Below the pieces are notes generated by a model that saw nothing but the letters and a program-made list of their open reading frames with translations, had not been told where the DNA came from and did no database searches. DNA of 64,000 nt, taken from the NCBI GenBank assembly GCA_963782055.1, contig CAWAIF010000003.1, positions 160,001-224,000 of the forward strand. The letters run 5' to 3'. This stretch comes from an uncultured delta proteobacterium. Its GTDB lineage: Bacteria; Myxococcota_A; Polyangia; Polyangiales; Polyangiaceae. Below are positions 28,830 through 40,145 of this stretch, one piece after another (positions within the stretch are counted from its first letter, which is position 1; each line of letters begins with the position of its first letter). A program made the translations under genes and the position numbers.

Positions 28830-29843
28830 TCAGTTGTTACAGGCGCACGCCAGGTAGCACGCGGCGAAGGTGTAGTTCGGGTCGGCGGTGGTGCCGTCGG
28901 CGCCCCAGTTGGTGTTGTTGTCGGTGGAGCAGCACTCCTCCGTCACCCAGTCGGTCCCGTTCGCCTTCTGCGGGAAGAAGTGCGTGCAGATGGGGTTGCC
29001 GGTGTGCGTGGCGTGGACGGAGTCGAAGCCGCCGTGGCTCTGGCACGTCGTGGTGCACGAGGCGCCGAGCGCGCTCGTGTACCAGCAGCCGCCCAGCGCC
29101 TGGTAGCCGCCGCACTTGACGCACGCGCCGTTGGAGCACGACTCGCCCTGCCCGCACGTCACGCCGCAGCCGCCGCAGTTCTTCGCGTCGGTGAGCACGT
29201 CGGTGCAGGCGCCGTTGCAGTACTCGGTGCCCACCCCGCAGCAGTGACCCTGCGTGCACCACTCGGTGTCCGCCGCGCACGCGGTGTTGCAGTCGCCGCA
29301 GTGGTCGTGGTGGTTCTGCAGGTCGTAGCAGATGCCGTCGCCGCACACGTCCATCCCCTGCGGGCAGCCGAAGCCGCAGGTGCCCTTGGTGCAGGTCGAG
29401 CTCGCCACCGACCAGCCCTGCCCGCCGTCGTAGCCGCCGTCGAAGGGGACGCCGGCGTCGGGGTTGCCGGTGCCCGGCGGGAGGCCGCCGCCATCGGCGG
29501 GCGTCGGGCAGACGGTGTCGCAGGTGCCGCAGTGATCGAGGTCGGTCTGGATGTCGACGCACCCGGCGTCTCCCGGGCACTTGACCGCCGGCGCGTCGCA
29601 CGCGGCCTTGCACGTGCCGCCCGAGCAGACCTCGCTGGACTGGCACGCGTGGGTGCAGCTCCCGCAGTGCGAGGGGTCCTTGGAGAGGTCGTACTGCGGG
29701 CAGGCCGAGCCGTCGCCGGAGGTGGAGCCGTCGGGCGTCGTCCCGGCGTCGTCGTCGGGGGTGACCACCAGCCCGTTGGCGCATGCCCAGAGGGTCACCA
29801 GAGAAGCACAAGCGAGGAGGCCAGGAAGAAGGAGGCGGCTCAT
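28830..29843 (-). CDS. Cys-rich secreted/lipoprotein with DxxHCGxCxxxC repeats
   Basis: WAC lipobox-like; four D(L/I/V)xxDxx(H/N)CGxC-type modules. Confidence 0.8.
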   Translation of the reverse strand: MSRLLLPGLLACASLVTLWACANGLVVTPDDDAGTTPDGSTSGDGSACPQYDLSKDPSHCGSCTHACQSSEVCSGGTCKAACDAPAVKCPGDAGCVDIQTDLDHCGTCDTVCPTPADGGGLPPGTGNPDAGVPFDGGYDGGQGWSVASSTCTKGTCGFGCPQGMDVCGDGICYDLQNHHDHCGDCNTACAADTEWCTQGHCCGVGTEYCNGACTDVLTDAKNCGGCGVTCGQGESCSNGACVKCGGYQALGGCWYTSALGASCTTTCQSHGGFDSVHATHTGNPICTHFFPQKANGTDWVTEECCSTDNNTNWGADGTTADPNYTFAACYLACACNN

Positions 29844-29964
29844 CCAGTCATGGCAGCACAGCCTCGCGGCCTTCGCAACGTGGGGGCATGTGACACCCGG
29901 GGGCGCGCGCCGGCGGGCACCTCTGCCGAAGGCGCGGACCGCCGCCATCGTCTATGCTCCGCTC

Positions 29965-32799
29965 GTGCGATCGCGTTCCGCCATCCCTGTCCTTCTCGCC
30001 CTGATCGTCTCCGCCGCGCCCGCCATCGCCCAGCAGCCTCGGGCGCTCCCTGGGGCCGGCCCGCGCGTCATCCACACCCCTGGACCGCTCGGTCCGGCGA
30101 AGGACGCCATCGCCGAGGGGAAGCTCGCCGACGCCGAGCGCCTGCTCGAGGCCGTCCGCGGCCCCGACGCCTCCGCCGCCAGGTTGATGCTCGGTGAGCT
30201 GTACATGGAGCAGGGGCGCTACGCCGACGCGGAGAAGGCGCTGCAGTCGACCGGGAAGAAGGTGGAGGCCGCCGCCCTGCGCGCCGACATCCTCTTCCGC
30301 ACGGGCAAGCGCGCGCAGGCGGTCAAGCTGCTGGAGGCCAACCAGAACGCGCCGAGCCCCGCGGTCCGCCAGATCTGGATCCGCCTGGGCGAGTACCGCA
30401 TCGCCATGGGCAAGCGCGCCGACGCGGAGGCGCCGCTCATGCAGATCGTCGGGGAGTACAACTCCGATGCGATCAAGGACAACGACGCCGAGGGCATGGC
30501 GCTCGTCGGCCGCGCGACCCAGCTCCTGCGCGCGTGGCACAACGCCAACGACTCCTACCTGAAGAGCGAGCAGGACGACCCGGCGAACGTGCGCGAGCGC
30601 CTCTGGCACGCGGATCTGTTGCTCGACAAGTTCAACTGGGGCGGCGCGGAGGAGAACGTCCGCAAGGCGCTCAAGGTCGCGCCGAAGGACCCCGACGCGC
30701 TGGTGATGCTCGCGCGCATCAAGCTGCGGCAGTCGCTGGACTTCGACACGGCGGAGGAGATCGTCAAGGACGTGCTGGCGATCAACCCGAAGCACGCCGG
30801 CGCCCTCGCCGTGCGGGCGGGCCTCGCCATCCGCGACGGCGACATCGACGCCGCGATGCGCGCTCTGGGCGAGGGCTTCGCCGCCGAGCCGGACAACCTG
30901 GAGCTGTGGGCGCTGAAGGGCGCCGCGCGCTTCCTCGCCGACGACCGGCCCGGCTACGAGGCCGCCAAGCGCGAGGCCCTCGCGCGCAACCCGCAGTACT
31001 CCCGCTTCTTCACCATCATCGAGGACTACGCGGAGTGGGAGCACCGCTACGACGACATCATCCCCATGATGCAGGAGGCGGTGAAGGTGGACCCGGAGGA
31101 TGGCCTGGCCTGGGGTCTCCTCGGCCTGACCGAGACGCGCGACGGCCGCGAGACGGAGGGCCTGGACGCCCTGCACAAGTCCTGGTCGAAGGACCACTAC
31201 AACGTCTTCGTCTTCAACACCCTCGACCTGTACGAGAAGAACTTCGCGAGCGACTACGACGTGGTGGCGAGCGGGCCGTTCCGGATCCGCTACGCCAAGG
31301 CGTTCGAGAAGCTGCAGTCGCGCTACGTGCCCAGCTTGCTGGGCGAGGCGTGGGCCTCCATGAAGGCGCGCTACGGCTTCGTGCCGACGACGCCGGTCTC
31401 GGTGGAGCTCTTCGAGCCCTCGCCGCACGGCAAGCCGCAGGACGCGCGCGGCCAGTTCGGCGTGTGGACGAGCGGCGAGTCGGAGATCAGCATCCAGGGC
31501 GTCTGCTTCGGCCACATGATCGGCGCGATGGGCCCGGACAGCGAGGAGTTCAACTGGGGCAACGTGCTCTGGCACGAGCTCGGCCACGTCTTCGCCATCC
31601 AGCTCTCCAAGAACCACGTGCCCCGCTGGTTCACCGAGGGCCTCTCCGAGTACGAGACGCTCGCGCGGCGGCGCGAGTGGCGCCGCAGCATGGATCCGCA
31701 GCTGTACCTCGCCATCACCCAGAACCGCCTGCCCGCGGCCATGGACATGAACCGCGCCTTCACCCACGCCACCAGCGGCGAGGACGTGGTCATCGCCTAC
31801 TACGCCGCCAGCCAGATGGTCGCCTTCACCGCCGAGCACTTCGGCATGCCCAAGATCGTCCTCGCCCTGAAGCTGTGGGGGAAGGGCGTCCGCACGCCGG
31901 ATGTCATCAAGGGGGCGTTCGGCGTGACCGGCGCGGAGTACGACAAGCAGTACCGCGCCTGGGAGCTCGCGCGGCTCGCGCGGTACAAGGGCCAGTTCAT
32001 CAACGACATCCGGGCCAAGGACCCCGACGACGCCGCGGCGGCGGTGAAGAAGCACCCGGGCGACGCCGACGCCCACGTCGACTACGCCGTCGCGCTCTAC
32101 CGGCTGCGCAAGGCGGACGAGGCGCAGAAGGAGCTCGCCGCCGCGCTCAAGCTCGACCCGAACAACATGCGGGCGCACTTCATCGCGTACAAGGTCGCCG
32201 GCGCCAAGCACGACGCCGCCGGCGCAGAGTCGCACCTGGCGGCGATCCAGAAGGCGGGCGGAGACGGCTACGAGGTGCGCATGGCGCTGGCCGATCTCGC
32301 CTCGGAGAAGCACGACGACGCCACCGCCCAGAAGCAGCTCGAGGCGGCGTACCGCTTCGACCCCACGCAGTCGGACCCGCTGGAGGGGCTCTACGACCTC
32401 GCGCACGGCCAGAAGCGCGAGGCGGACCTCTTGCCCATCCTGCGCAAGCTGGCCCCGCTCGACCAGCACAAGCCGATGGTGTGGAAGCTCCTCCTGCGCA
32501 AGCTGGTGGACGCCAAGTCCTGGGGGGAGGCGCGCGCCGCCGGCGAGAGCGCGGTCTTCGTCGCCATGGCCGACCCGGAGGTGCACCTGCTCTACGCCCA
32601 GGCGCTCTTCGAGCTGGGGGACCAGACGCGCGCCCAGTTCGAGCTGGAGAGCGGCATGGACGCGATGGCGCTCCAGCCGAAGCCGGACCCCAAGCTGGCG
32701 GCGCGCATCCACCGCCTGTGGGCCCAATCGTTGACCCGTCAAGGGAAGGCCGCCGAGGCGAAGAAGCACACCGCCGAGGCCGCGCGCCTGGCCCCGTGA
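29965..32799 (+). CDS. secreted TPR protein with peptidase MA-like zinc metallopeptidase domain
   Basis: Signal peptide; TPRs on both sides of WHELGHVF..PRWFTEGLSEY. Confidence 0.88.
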   Translation: MRSRSAIPVLLALIVSAAPAIAQQPRALPGAGPRVIHTPGPLGPAKDAIAEGKLADAERLLEAVRGPDASAARLMLGELYMEQGRYADAEKALQSTGKKVEAAALRADILFRTGKRAQAVKLLEANQNAPSPAVRQIWIRLGEYRIAMGKRADAEAPLMQIVGEYNSDAIKDNDAEGMALVGRATQLLRAWHNANDSYLKSEQDDPANVRERLWHADLLLDKFNWGGAEENVRKALKVAPKDPDALVMLARIKLRQSLDFDTAEEIVKDVLAINPKHAGALAVRAGLAIRDGDIDAAMRALGEGFAAEPDNLELWALKGAARFLADDRPGYEAAKREALARNPQYSRFFTIIEDYAEWEHRYDDIIPMMQEAVKVDPEDGLAWGLLGLTETRDGRETEGLDALHKSWSKDHYNVFVFNTLDLYEKNFASDYDVVASGPFRIRYAKAFEKLQSRYVPSLLGEAWASMKARYGFVPTTPVSVELFEPSPHGKPQDARGQFGVWTSGESEISIQGVCFGHMIGAMGPDSEEFNWGNVLWHELGHVFAIQLSKNHVPRWFTEGLSEYETLARRREWRRSMDPQLYLAITQNRLPAAMDMNRAFTHATSGEDVVIAYYAASQMVAFTAEHFGMPKIVLALKLWGKGVRTPDVIKGAFGVTGAEYDKQYRAWELARLARYKGQFINDIRAKDPDDAAAAVKKHPGDADAHVDYAVALYRLRKADEAQKELAAALKLDPNNMRAHFIAYKVAGAKHDAAGAESHLAAIQKAGGDGYEVRMALADLASEKHDDATAQKQLEAAYRFDPTQSDPLEGLYDLAHGQKREADLLPILRKLAPLDQHKPMVWKLLLRKLVDAKSWGEARAAGESAVFVAMADPEVHLLYAQALFELGDQTRAQFELESGMDAMALQPKPDPKLAARIHRLWAQSLTRQGKAAEAKKHTAEAARLAP

Positions 32800-32831
32800 C
32801 GTCACCCGGTCCAGAGACCTTCCAGGTCCCC

Positions 32832-32868
32832 GCCCGACGCGTAAGGGAGGGCCCGCGTGGGGAGGGGC
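32832..32868 (+). repeat. dispersed REP-like intergenic repeat, copy 2
   Basis: Matches 14369..14405; runs into hairpin GAGGGGCG-cctcc-CGCCCCTC. Confidence 0.7.
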
Positions 32869-32902
32869 GCCTCCCGCCCCTCGGGACATGGTATGCTCTG
32901 AC

Positions 32903-33985
32903 ATGCCGAAAGCGATTCCCCTGGAGCTGATCCAGAAGCTCCCCAAGACCGACCTCCACGTCCACCTGGACGGGTCGCTGCGCCTCAAGACGATCCTCGA
33001 GCTCGCCGAGAGGCAGCGGGTGGACCTGCCGACCGACGACGAGGATGGCCTGCGCAAGGCGATGAACCTGGGCCGCGACTGCGGGTCGCTCGTCGAGTAC
33101 CTCAAGGCCTTCGACGTCACCCTGCGCGTCATGCAGACCGAGGACGCGCTCACCCGCATCGCCTACGAGCTCGCCGAGGACGCCGCGCGGGAGAACGTCC
33201 GTTACATGGAGGTGCGCTACGCGCCGATGCTCCACACCCGGCGCGGGTTGTCGCTCACGCGCGTGGTGGAGGCGGTGCTCGCCGGGCTACGGTCCGCGCA
33301 GAAGGACTTCCGCATCGAGTCCAACGTGATCCTCTGCGGCATCCGCAACGTCTCGGTGGAGAGCTCGCTGGAGATGGCGGAGCTGGCGGTGGCCTACAAG
33401 AACCGCGGCGTCGTCGGCTTCGACCTCGCCGGGGCGGAGTACGACCACCCCGCCAAGCACCACCGCCAGGCCTTCCAGCTCGTGCGCGACAACAACATCA
33501 ACGTCACCATCCACGCCGGCGAGGCGTACGGCCCGGAGTCCATCGCCCAGGCGGTGCACACGTGCGGCGCGCACCGCATCGGCCACGGGTGCCGCCTGCG
33601 CGAGAACGGTGACCTGCTCCACTACGTCAACGACCACCGCATCCCGCTGGAGTGCTGCCCCTCCTCCAACGTGCAGACCGGCGCGGTGCGCGACCTGGCG
33701 AGCCACCCGCTGAAGCTCTACGTCAACCTGGGGTTGCGGGTGACGATCAACACCGACAACCGCCTCGTCACCGACACCACCGTCTCGAAGGAGCTCTGGC
33801 TGTGCCACACCGAGATGGGCATGGGTCTCGGGGAGATCAAGCAGATGATCCTCTCCGGCTACAAGAGCGCCTTCTTGCCCTTCCACGTGAAGCAGGAGTA
33901 CCTGCGCGCGGTGAGCGAGGAGCTCTGCGGCTTCACCGACGAGGGCCTCCCGGAGAGGACGGCGGTCCCCGTATCGGTCAACTGA
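32903..33985 (+). CDS. add: adenosine deaminase
   Basis: LPKTDLHVHLDGS, GFDLAG.E, TIHAGE, RIGHG, CPSSN, INTDN. Confidence 0.96.
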   Translation: MPKAIPLELIQKLPKTDLHVHLDGSLRLKTILELAERQRVDLPTDDEDGLRKAMNLGRDCGSLVEYLKAFDVTLRVMQTEDALTRIAYELAEDAARENVRYMEVRYAPMLHTRRGLSLTRVVEAVLAGLRSAQKDFRIESNVILCGIRNVSVESSLEMAELAVAYKNRGVVGFDLAGAEYDHPAKHHRQAFQLVRDNNINVTIHAGEAYGPESIAQAVHTCGAHRIGHGCRLRENGDLLHYVNDHRIPLECCPSSNVQTGAVRDLASHPLKLYVNLGLRVTINTDNRLVTDTTVSKELWLCHTEMGMGLGEIKQMILSGYKSAFLPFHVKQEYLRAVSEELCGFTDEGLPERTAVPVSVN

Positions 33986-34007
33986 AGGCGGCGGCGGGCC
34001 GCTCGCC

Positions 34008-34628
34008 TCACTGGCAGATGTAGTAGCCCTTGAGGACGTTGCTCGGGCCGCAGGCCAGGCCGATCTGCTTGCACTCGTCGGTCTGCGCGTTCGGGTCGCA
34101 GAAGCGGCGGTAGCCGGGCACGTTCTTGGACACCTGGCACGTCGTCTGGCAGGAGACGTCACTGTAATAGTAGTTGCCGCCGTAGTACTGCTCGTGGCCG
34201 CAGCACACCTTGCCCTGGTCGCAGTCGGCCTGGTCGTCGCAGTGCACCGGGGTGCCCTGGTAGCAGTACTGGTTGTTCGCGATGCACTGCGTGCCCTGGT
34301 AGGTGATGCAGCAGTAGTCGGAGCCCGGATCGCAGAAGGTGCTCTGGTTGTTGACGTAGCAGAAGGTGCCGGGGTCCGGCGGCGGCTGGACCACGTCCTC
34401 CACCGACGCGTCGATCACCGAGGAGTCGATCGTCGTCGTGCCGTCCAGCAGGCCGGCGTCGGCCGGGGGCACCGACGCGTCGGGCTGCGTGGGCCCGGCG
34501 TCCTGGTCGCCGGAGCCGGAGTCGACGGGCCCGCCGCCGGCGTCGTCGAAGAGCTCGGTCGCCACGGCGCCGCCGCAGCCGACCAGAAATGCTCCCCCGA
34601 GCGCGCCTACGACGAAGAGCTTGTGCAT
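34008..34628 (-). CDS. Cys-rich lipoprotein
   Basis: LVGC lipobox; DAG low-complexity linker; Cys-rich C-terminal domain. Confidence 0.75.
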   Translation of the reverse strand: MHKLFVVGALGGAFLVGCGGAVATELFDDAGGGPVDSGSGDQDAGPTQPDASVPPADAGLLDGTTTIDSSVIDASVEDVVQPPPDPGTFCYVNNQSTFCDPGSDYCCITYQGTQCIANNQYCYQGTPVHCDDQADCDQGKVCCGHEQYYGGNYYYSDVSCQTTCQVSKNVPGYRRFCDPNAQTDECKQIGLACGPSNVLKGYYICQ

Positions 34629-34651
34629 CCCGATGACCTTCCTGGACTCTC

Positions 34652-35278
34652 TCAGTTGCCGATGCAGATGGGGTAGCCGATGAGCGAGCACTGGCTCACC
34701 TTGCAGGTGGCGTTCACCCCGCAGGAGTTGACCTGCTGCGGATCGCACCCCACCTCGAACTCACCCGCCTGCCCGTTGCACGAGGACTGGCAGGCGGTCT
34801 GCGTCGCGAGCGTGCACTGCTGGCCCTGCACCACCTGCGCGCAGCACACGTCGCCCGCGCTGCCCTGCGAGACGCAGTTCTCCTTGCTCGAGCAGGTGAT
34901 GGCCACGTCGCCGAAGGAGGTGCATTTGGCCGAGTCGGCGTTGGCCATGCACGTGTACGTGTACGCGTTGCTGACGTTGCCGGAGCGGCAGCAGAACTCG
35001 CTCTGCGCGCTGCACGTGGTGCCGCCGCAGTGGATCTTGCTGTCCGGTGGGCCCACCGGGACGTCGGGCTGGTCCACGTCGACCGTCGTCGGGCCGTCGT
35101 CGACGGGCGACGCGTCCTGCACCGGCGGCCCGGCGTCCTTGCGCGTCGTCGCGTCCTGATCGCCGGCGTCGGTCTTCGTCCCGTTCGGGGCGGCGTCGCC
35201 TTGCAGATCGCTCGTGGTGGCCCCGCCGCACGCGGCGAGCATCAGAGACAAACCCATCCAAGCAAGCCCGATTCTCAT
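34652..35278 (-). CDS. Cys-rich lipoprotein, paralog-like to its neighbour
   Basis: LAAC lipobox; same C-CC-C..C-C-CC..CDP..C pattern. Confidence 0.75.
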   Translation of the reverse strand: MRIGLAWMGLSLMLAACGGATTSDLQGDAAPNGTKTDAGDQDATTRKDAGPPVQDASPVDDGPTTVDVDQPDVPVGPPDSKIHCGGTTCSAQSEFCCRSGNVSNAYTYTCMANADSAKCTSFGDVAITCSSKENCVSQGSAGDVCCAQVVQGQQCTLATQTACQSSCNGQAGEFEVGCDPQQVNSCGVNATCKVSQCSLIGYPICIGN

Positions 35279-36439
35279 GGCAGCTCCCGTGAAAACGAAG
35301 CGCGCCGGCCCGGCACGCGAGCCTCGTCAGTATGCGCGCCCGGGACACGTCGTGCAATCGTACGCCGCCTCCGTTGCCCTCCCCGACGAAGCGGAGGCTG
35401 GGGGTCGTGGTGGCGGAGGGCTAGAATGTGTTACAGGCGCCCGCCGCACCATGACGACCCCGAAGACCACCACCCCGCGCCCCGCCGCGGCCGCGCCCCA
35501 TCCGCACGGCATCGACCGGGCCATGGAAGCGGTCGAGCTGGCCGCGCGCGTCTCGGAGAAGGGGCTCCCCCCCGGCGCGGTCGTGCCGGCCACGGTGGAA
35601 GACTACCAGGCGCTCGCCAAGCTGGACCCGCGGGCGCTGCGCCAGGCGCTGGACCGCGTCGTCATGGGCAACGACCCGGAGGGCGGCCTGGACGTGCTGC
35701 TCGCCGCCGGCGCGCTCGATGCCCTCTTCCCGGAGGTCAAGGCGATGGTCGGCTTCGGCGACGGAGAGTGGCGGCACAAGGACGTGTGGAAGCACACCAA
35801 GCAGGTGGTGCGGCAGGCCGTGCCCCGCATCGAGGTGCGCTGGGCCTGCCTCTTCCACGACATCGGCAAGGTGAAGACGCGCAGCATCAGCCCGGACGGA
35901 AAAGTGCACTTCTTCGGTCACGCGGAGGTCGGCACGCGCATGTTCGACAAGCTGGACCGCCGCATGCCGCTCTTCTCCCCGGAGCCGGCGCTCAAGGACA
36001 CCGTGCGCTTTCTCATCCTGCATCACCTGCGGGCGAACCAGTACGAACCGAGCTGGACCGACAGCGCGGTGCGCCGCTTCGCGCGGGAGCTGGGAGCGCA
36101 CCTGGACGACCTGCTCTGCCTCGCCCAGGCGGACATCACCACCAAGCGTCCGGAGAAGAAGCGCAAGGGTCTCTCGCAGATCAACGAGCTGGCCGATCGC
36201 ATCCGCGCGCTCGCCGCGGAGGACGCCAGGGTCCCGCCGCTGCCGTCGGGCGTGGGCGACGCGCTGATGAAGGCGTTCGGCCTCCCGCCGTCGCGTCTGG
36301 TGGGGGACATCAAGCGCGCGCTGGAGGCGGCGGTCGCGGCGGGGGAGATCGCGCCGCACCTGGAGAACGAGGCGTACGTGGAGTTCGTCGCGAAGGACCG
36401 GGCGCGCTTCGGGATTCTGAAGCGCCCTCCGCCGCGCGG

Positions 36440-38413
<1,974 letters not shown>

Positions 38414-38467
38414 CGGACCTCTCGGGATAGCACACCTCCCCGCGCGCCGCCGCGGATGCCGGCGCGC

Positions 38468-39166
38468 TCAGAGGTCGAAGCCGACGCCCACCGCAAGGCC
38501 CACGCTGACGATGTCGTCGCCCGCCTTCGGGATCACCGCCCCGGGCTTCCCCTGGATGGACCGGCCCCCGCCGGCGCCCGCGTCACCGTAGAGGCTGCCG
38601 GTGAAGCCGAAGCCGATCCGGCTCGTCAGCTCGAAGAAGAGCTGCCACGGCTTGCGGAAGCGGTAGGAGACGCCGACCGAGAGGGGGACCTCGAAGAAGC
38701 CTCCGCCGGCGGCGTCCACGCGCACTGGCTGGGGTGCGTTGCCGTTCGGCGCGATCGTCGTGTCGTAGCCCGCCGAGTAGGCCCCGACGTAGCCGAAGCC
38801 CGCCGCGAACCACGACCGCCACTGCCGGCGCGGCCAGGGTGGGGTGATCTTGATGCGGAGCCCACCGCCGAACAGCCCGCGGGGAGCCACCCCGTCCGTC
38901 GTCGCCGACACCTCGCCGGTCGCGTAGGCGCCCACGCGCAGCAGGGGGAAGATCGCGATGTGACCCTCCAGCCAGAGCGCGGGCCCGAACGCGGCCGCCG
39001 CGCCGCCGGGCGGCGTGTCGGAGAGGAAGCGCGCCTGCGCGCCGGCGAGGATCTCCGCGTCGCCGCGGACCTGCGCGCGCGCCGGGCGAGGCGCCGCGAC
39101 GCACGCCACGCCGAGGGCGATCGCCGCCGCCGCGCGCACCCACCTCCGTCGGTCGTGCCCGCTCAT
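38468..39166 (-). CDS. outer membrane beta-barrel protein, hypothetical
   Basis: Signal peptide; alternating amphipathic strands; ends VGVGFDL. Confidence 0.7.
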   Translation of the reverse strand: MSGHDRRRWVRAAAAIALGVACVAAPRPARAQVRGDAEILAGAQARFLSDTPPGGAAAAFGPALWLEGHIAIFPLLRVGAYATGEVSATTDGVAPRGLFGGGLRIKITPPWPRRQWRSWFAAGFGYVGAYSAGYDTTIAPNGNAPQPVRVDAAGGGFFEVPLSVGVSYRFRKPWQLFFELTSRIGFGFTGSLYGDAGAGGGRSIQGKPGAVIPKAGDDIVSVGLAVGVGFDL

Positions 39167-39188
39167 CCCGCCCAGCCTAGCCTACCGC

Positions 39189-40049
39189 TCAGCTCGGCGC
39201 CGAGCGGCGGGCGCCAAGGCGATCCATCTCGTCCTTCAAGCCGGGCAGGGAGGGGTCGAGCGCCGCCGCGCTCGCGAGGTCGGCGCGCGCCGCCTCCACC
39301 GCGCCCAGGCGCCCCGCCAGCACGCCCCGGTCGCGCAGCAGCGCGGCCGACTTCGGGGAGAGCAGCACCAGCCGGTCCACCGCGAGCAGCGCCCGCGACA
39401 GGTCGCCGCGGGCGAGGTGCACGCCGCGCAGGTTCATGAGCCACCGCGCCAGGATCGCCCGGGGCGTCGCGGCGGCGAGCAGCTCCGGCCGCATCACCGC
39501 CGGCGCGCTGGCCTGGCCTGCGACCCGCCGCACCAGGGCGCCCACCGCCACGGCGTCGAGCACGCGCCCGCCGAAGAAGGGGTCCACCAGCGCGTCGTCC
39601 TCGCCCGGACCCCCGCAGACGCGCAGCAAGAAGTGCCCCGGGAAGCCGACGCCGCGCGTGGTGACGCCTGCGCGCCGCGCGACCTCCCCGTAGACCACCG
39701 CCAGGGAGATGGGAATGCCCAGCCGTCGCTCCAGCACGTCGGACAGCAAGCTGTTGCGCGGGTCGTAGTAGTCGTCCTCGTTGCCGGCGAAGCCGAGGGT
39801 CTCGTAGACATGGCCGGAGAGGGCCAGCGCCCGCTCGTGCGCGGTCGTGCCCGACCAGTCGCGGGTCACGGGCGCGGCGAGCTCGTCGAAGCGGCCGAGC
39901 AGGGCGTCCACGTCCAGGCCGGCGTAGGCGTCGCGGGCGATGAGCGCGGCGCCGAGGACGGCCAGCTCCTGCGCGGCCCCGCCGTGGAGGCGCTCTTCCT
40001 CGTCGAGCCGGGCGGCCAGCTCCTCGAACGTGCGGGGTCGCGGCGCCAT
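39189..40049 (-). CDS. SirB1/YchA family transglutaminase-like protein with TPR
   Basis: GFAGNEDDYYDPRNS..VLERRLGIPISL, GVGFPGHFL, VDPF, RDRG. Confidence 0.92.
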   Translation of the reverse strand: MAPRPRTFEELAARLDEEERLHGGAAQELAVLGAALIARDAYAGLDVDALLGRFDELAAPVTRDWSGTTAHERALALSGHVYETLGFAGNEDDYYDPRNSLLSDVLERRLGIPISLAVVYGEVARRAGVTTRGVGFPGHFLLRVCGGPGEDDALVDPFFGGRVLDAVAVGALVRRVAGQASAPAVMRPELLAAATPRAILARWLMNLRGVHLARGDLSRALLAVDRLVLLSPKSAALLRDRGVLAGRLGAVEAARADLASAAALDPSLPGLKDEMDRLGARRSAPS

Positions 40050-40145
40050 CCCGGGTGTTTTCCACCGAACCGATCCCGCGCGCAAGGCCGGTGGGCACGG
40101 AGCGGCTTGACGCGTCCCGCCAGGTCGGGTCAAACACGCCGCACC

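Noticed and set aside
22123..33985. Two adenosine-type deaminases as a shared pathway cluster
   Set aside because: About 9.5 kb apart, on opposite strands, with unrelated genes between; no evidence of co-regulation
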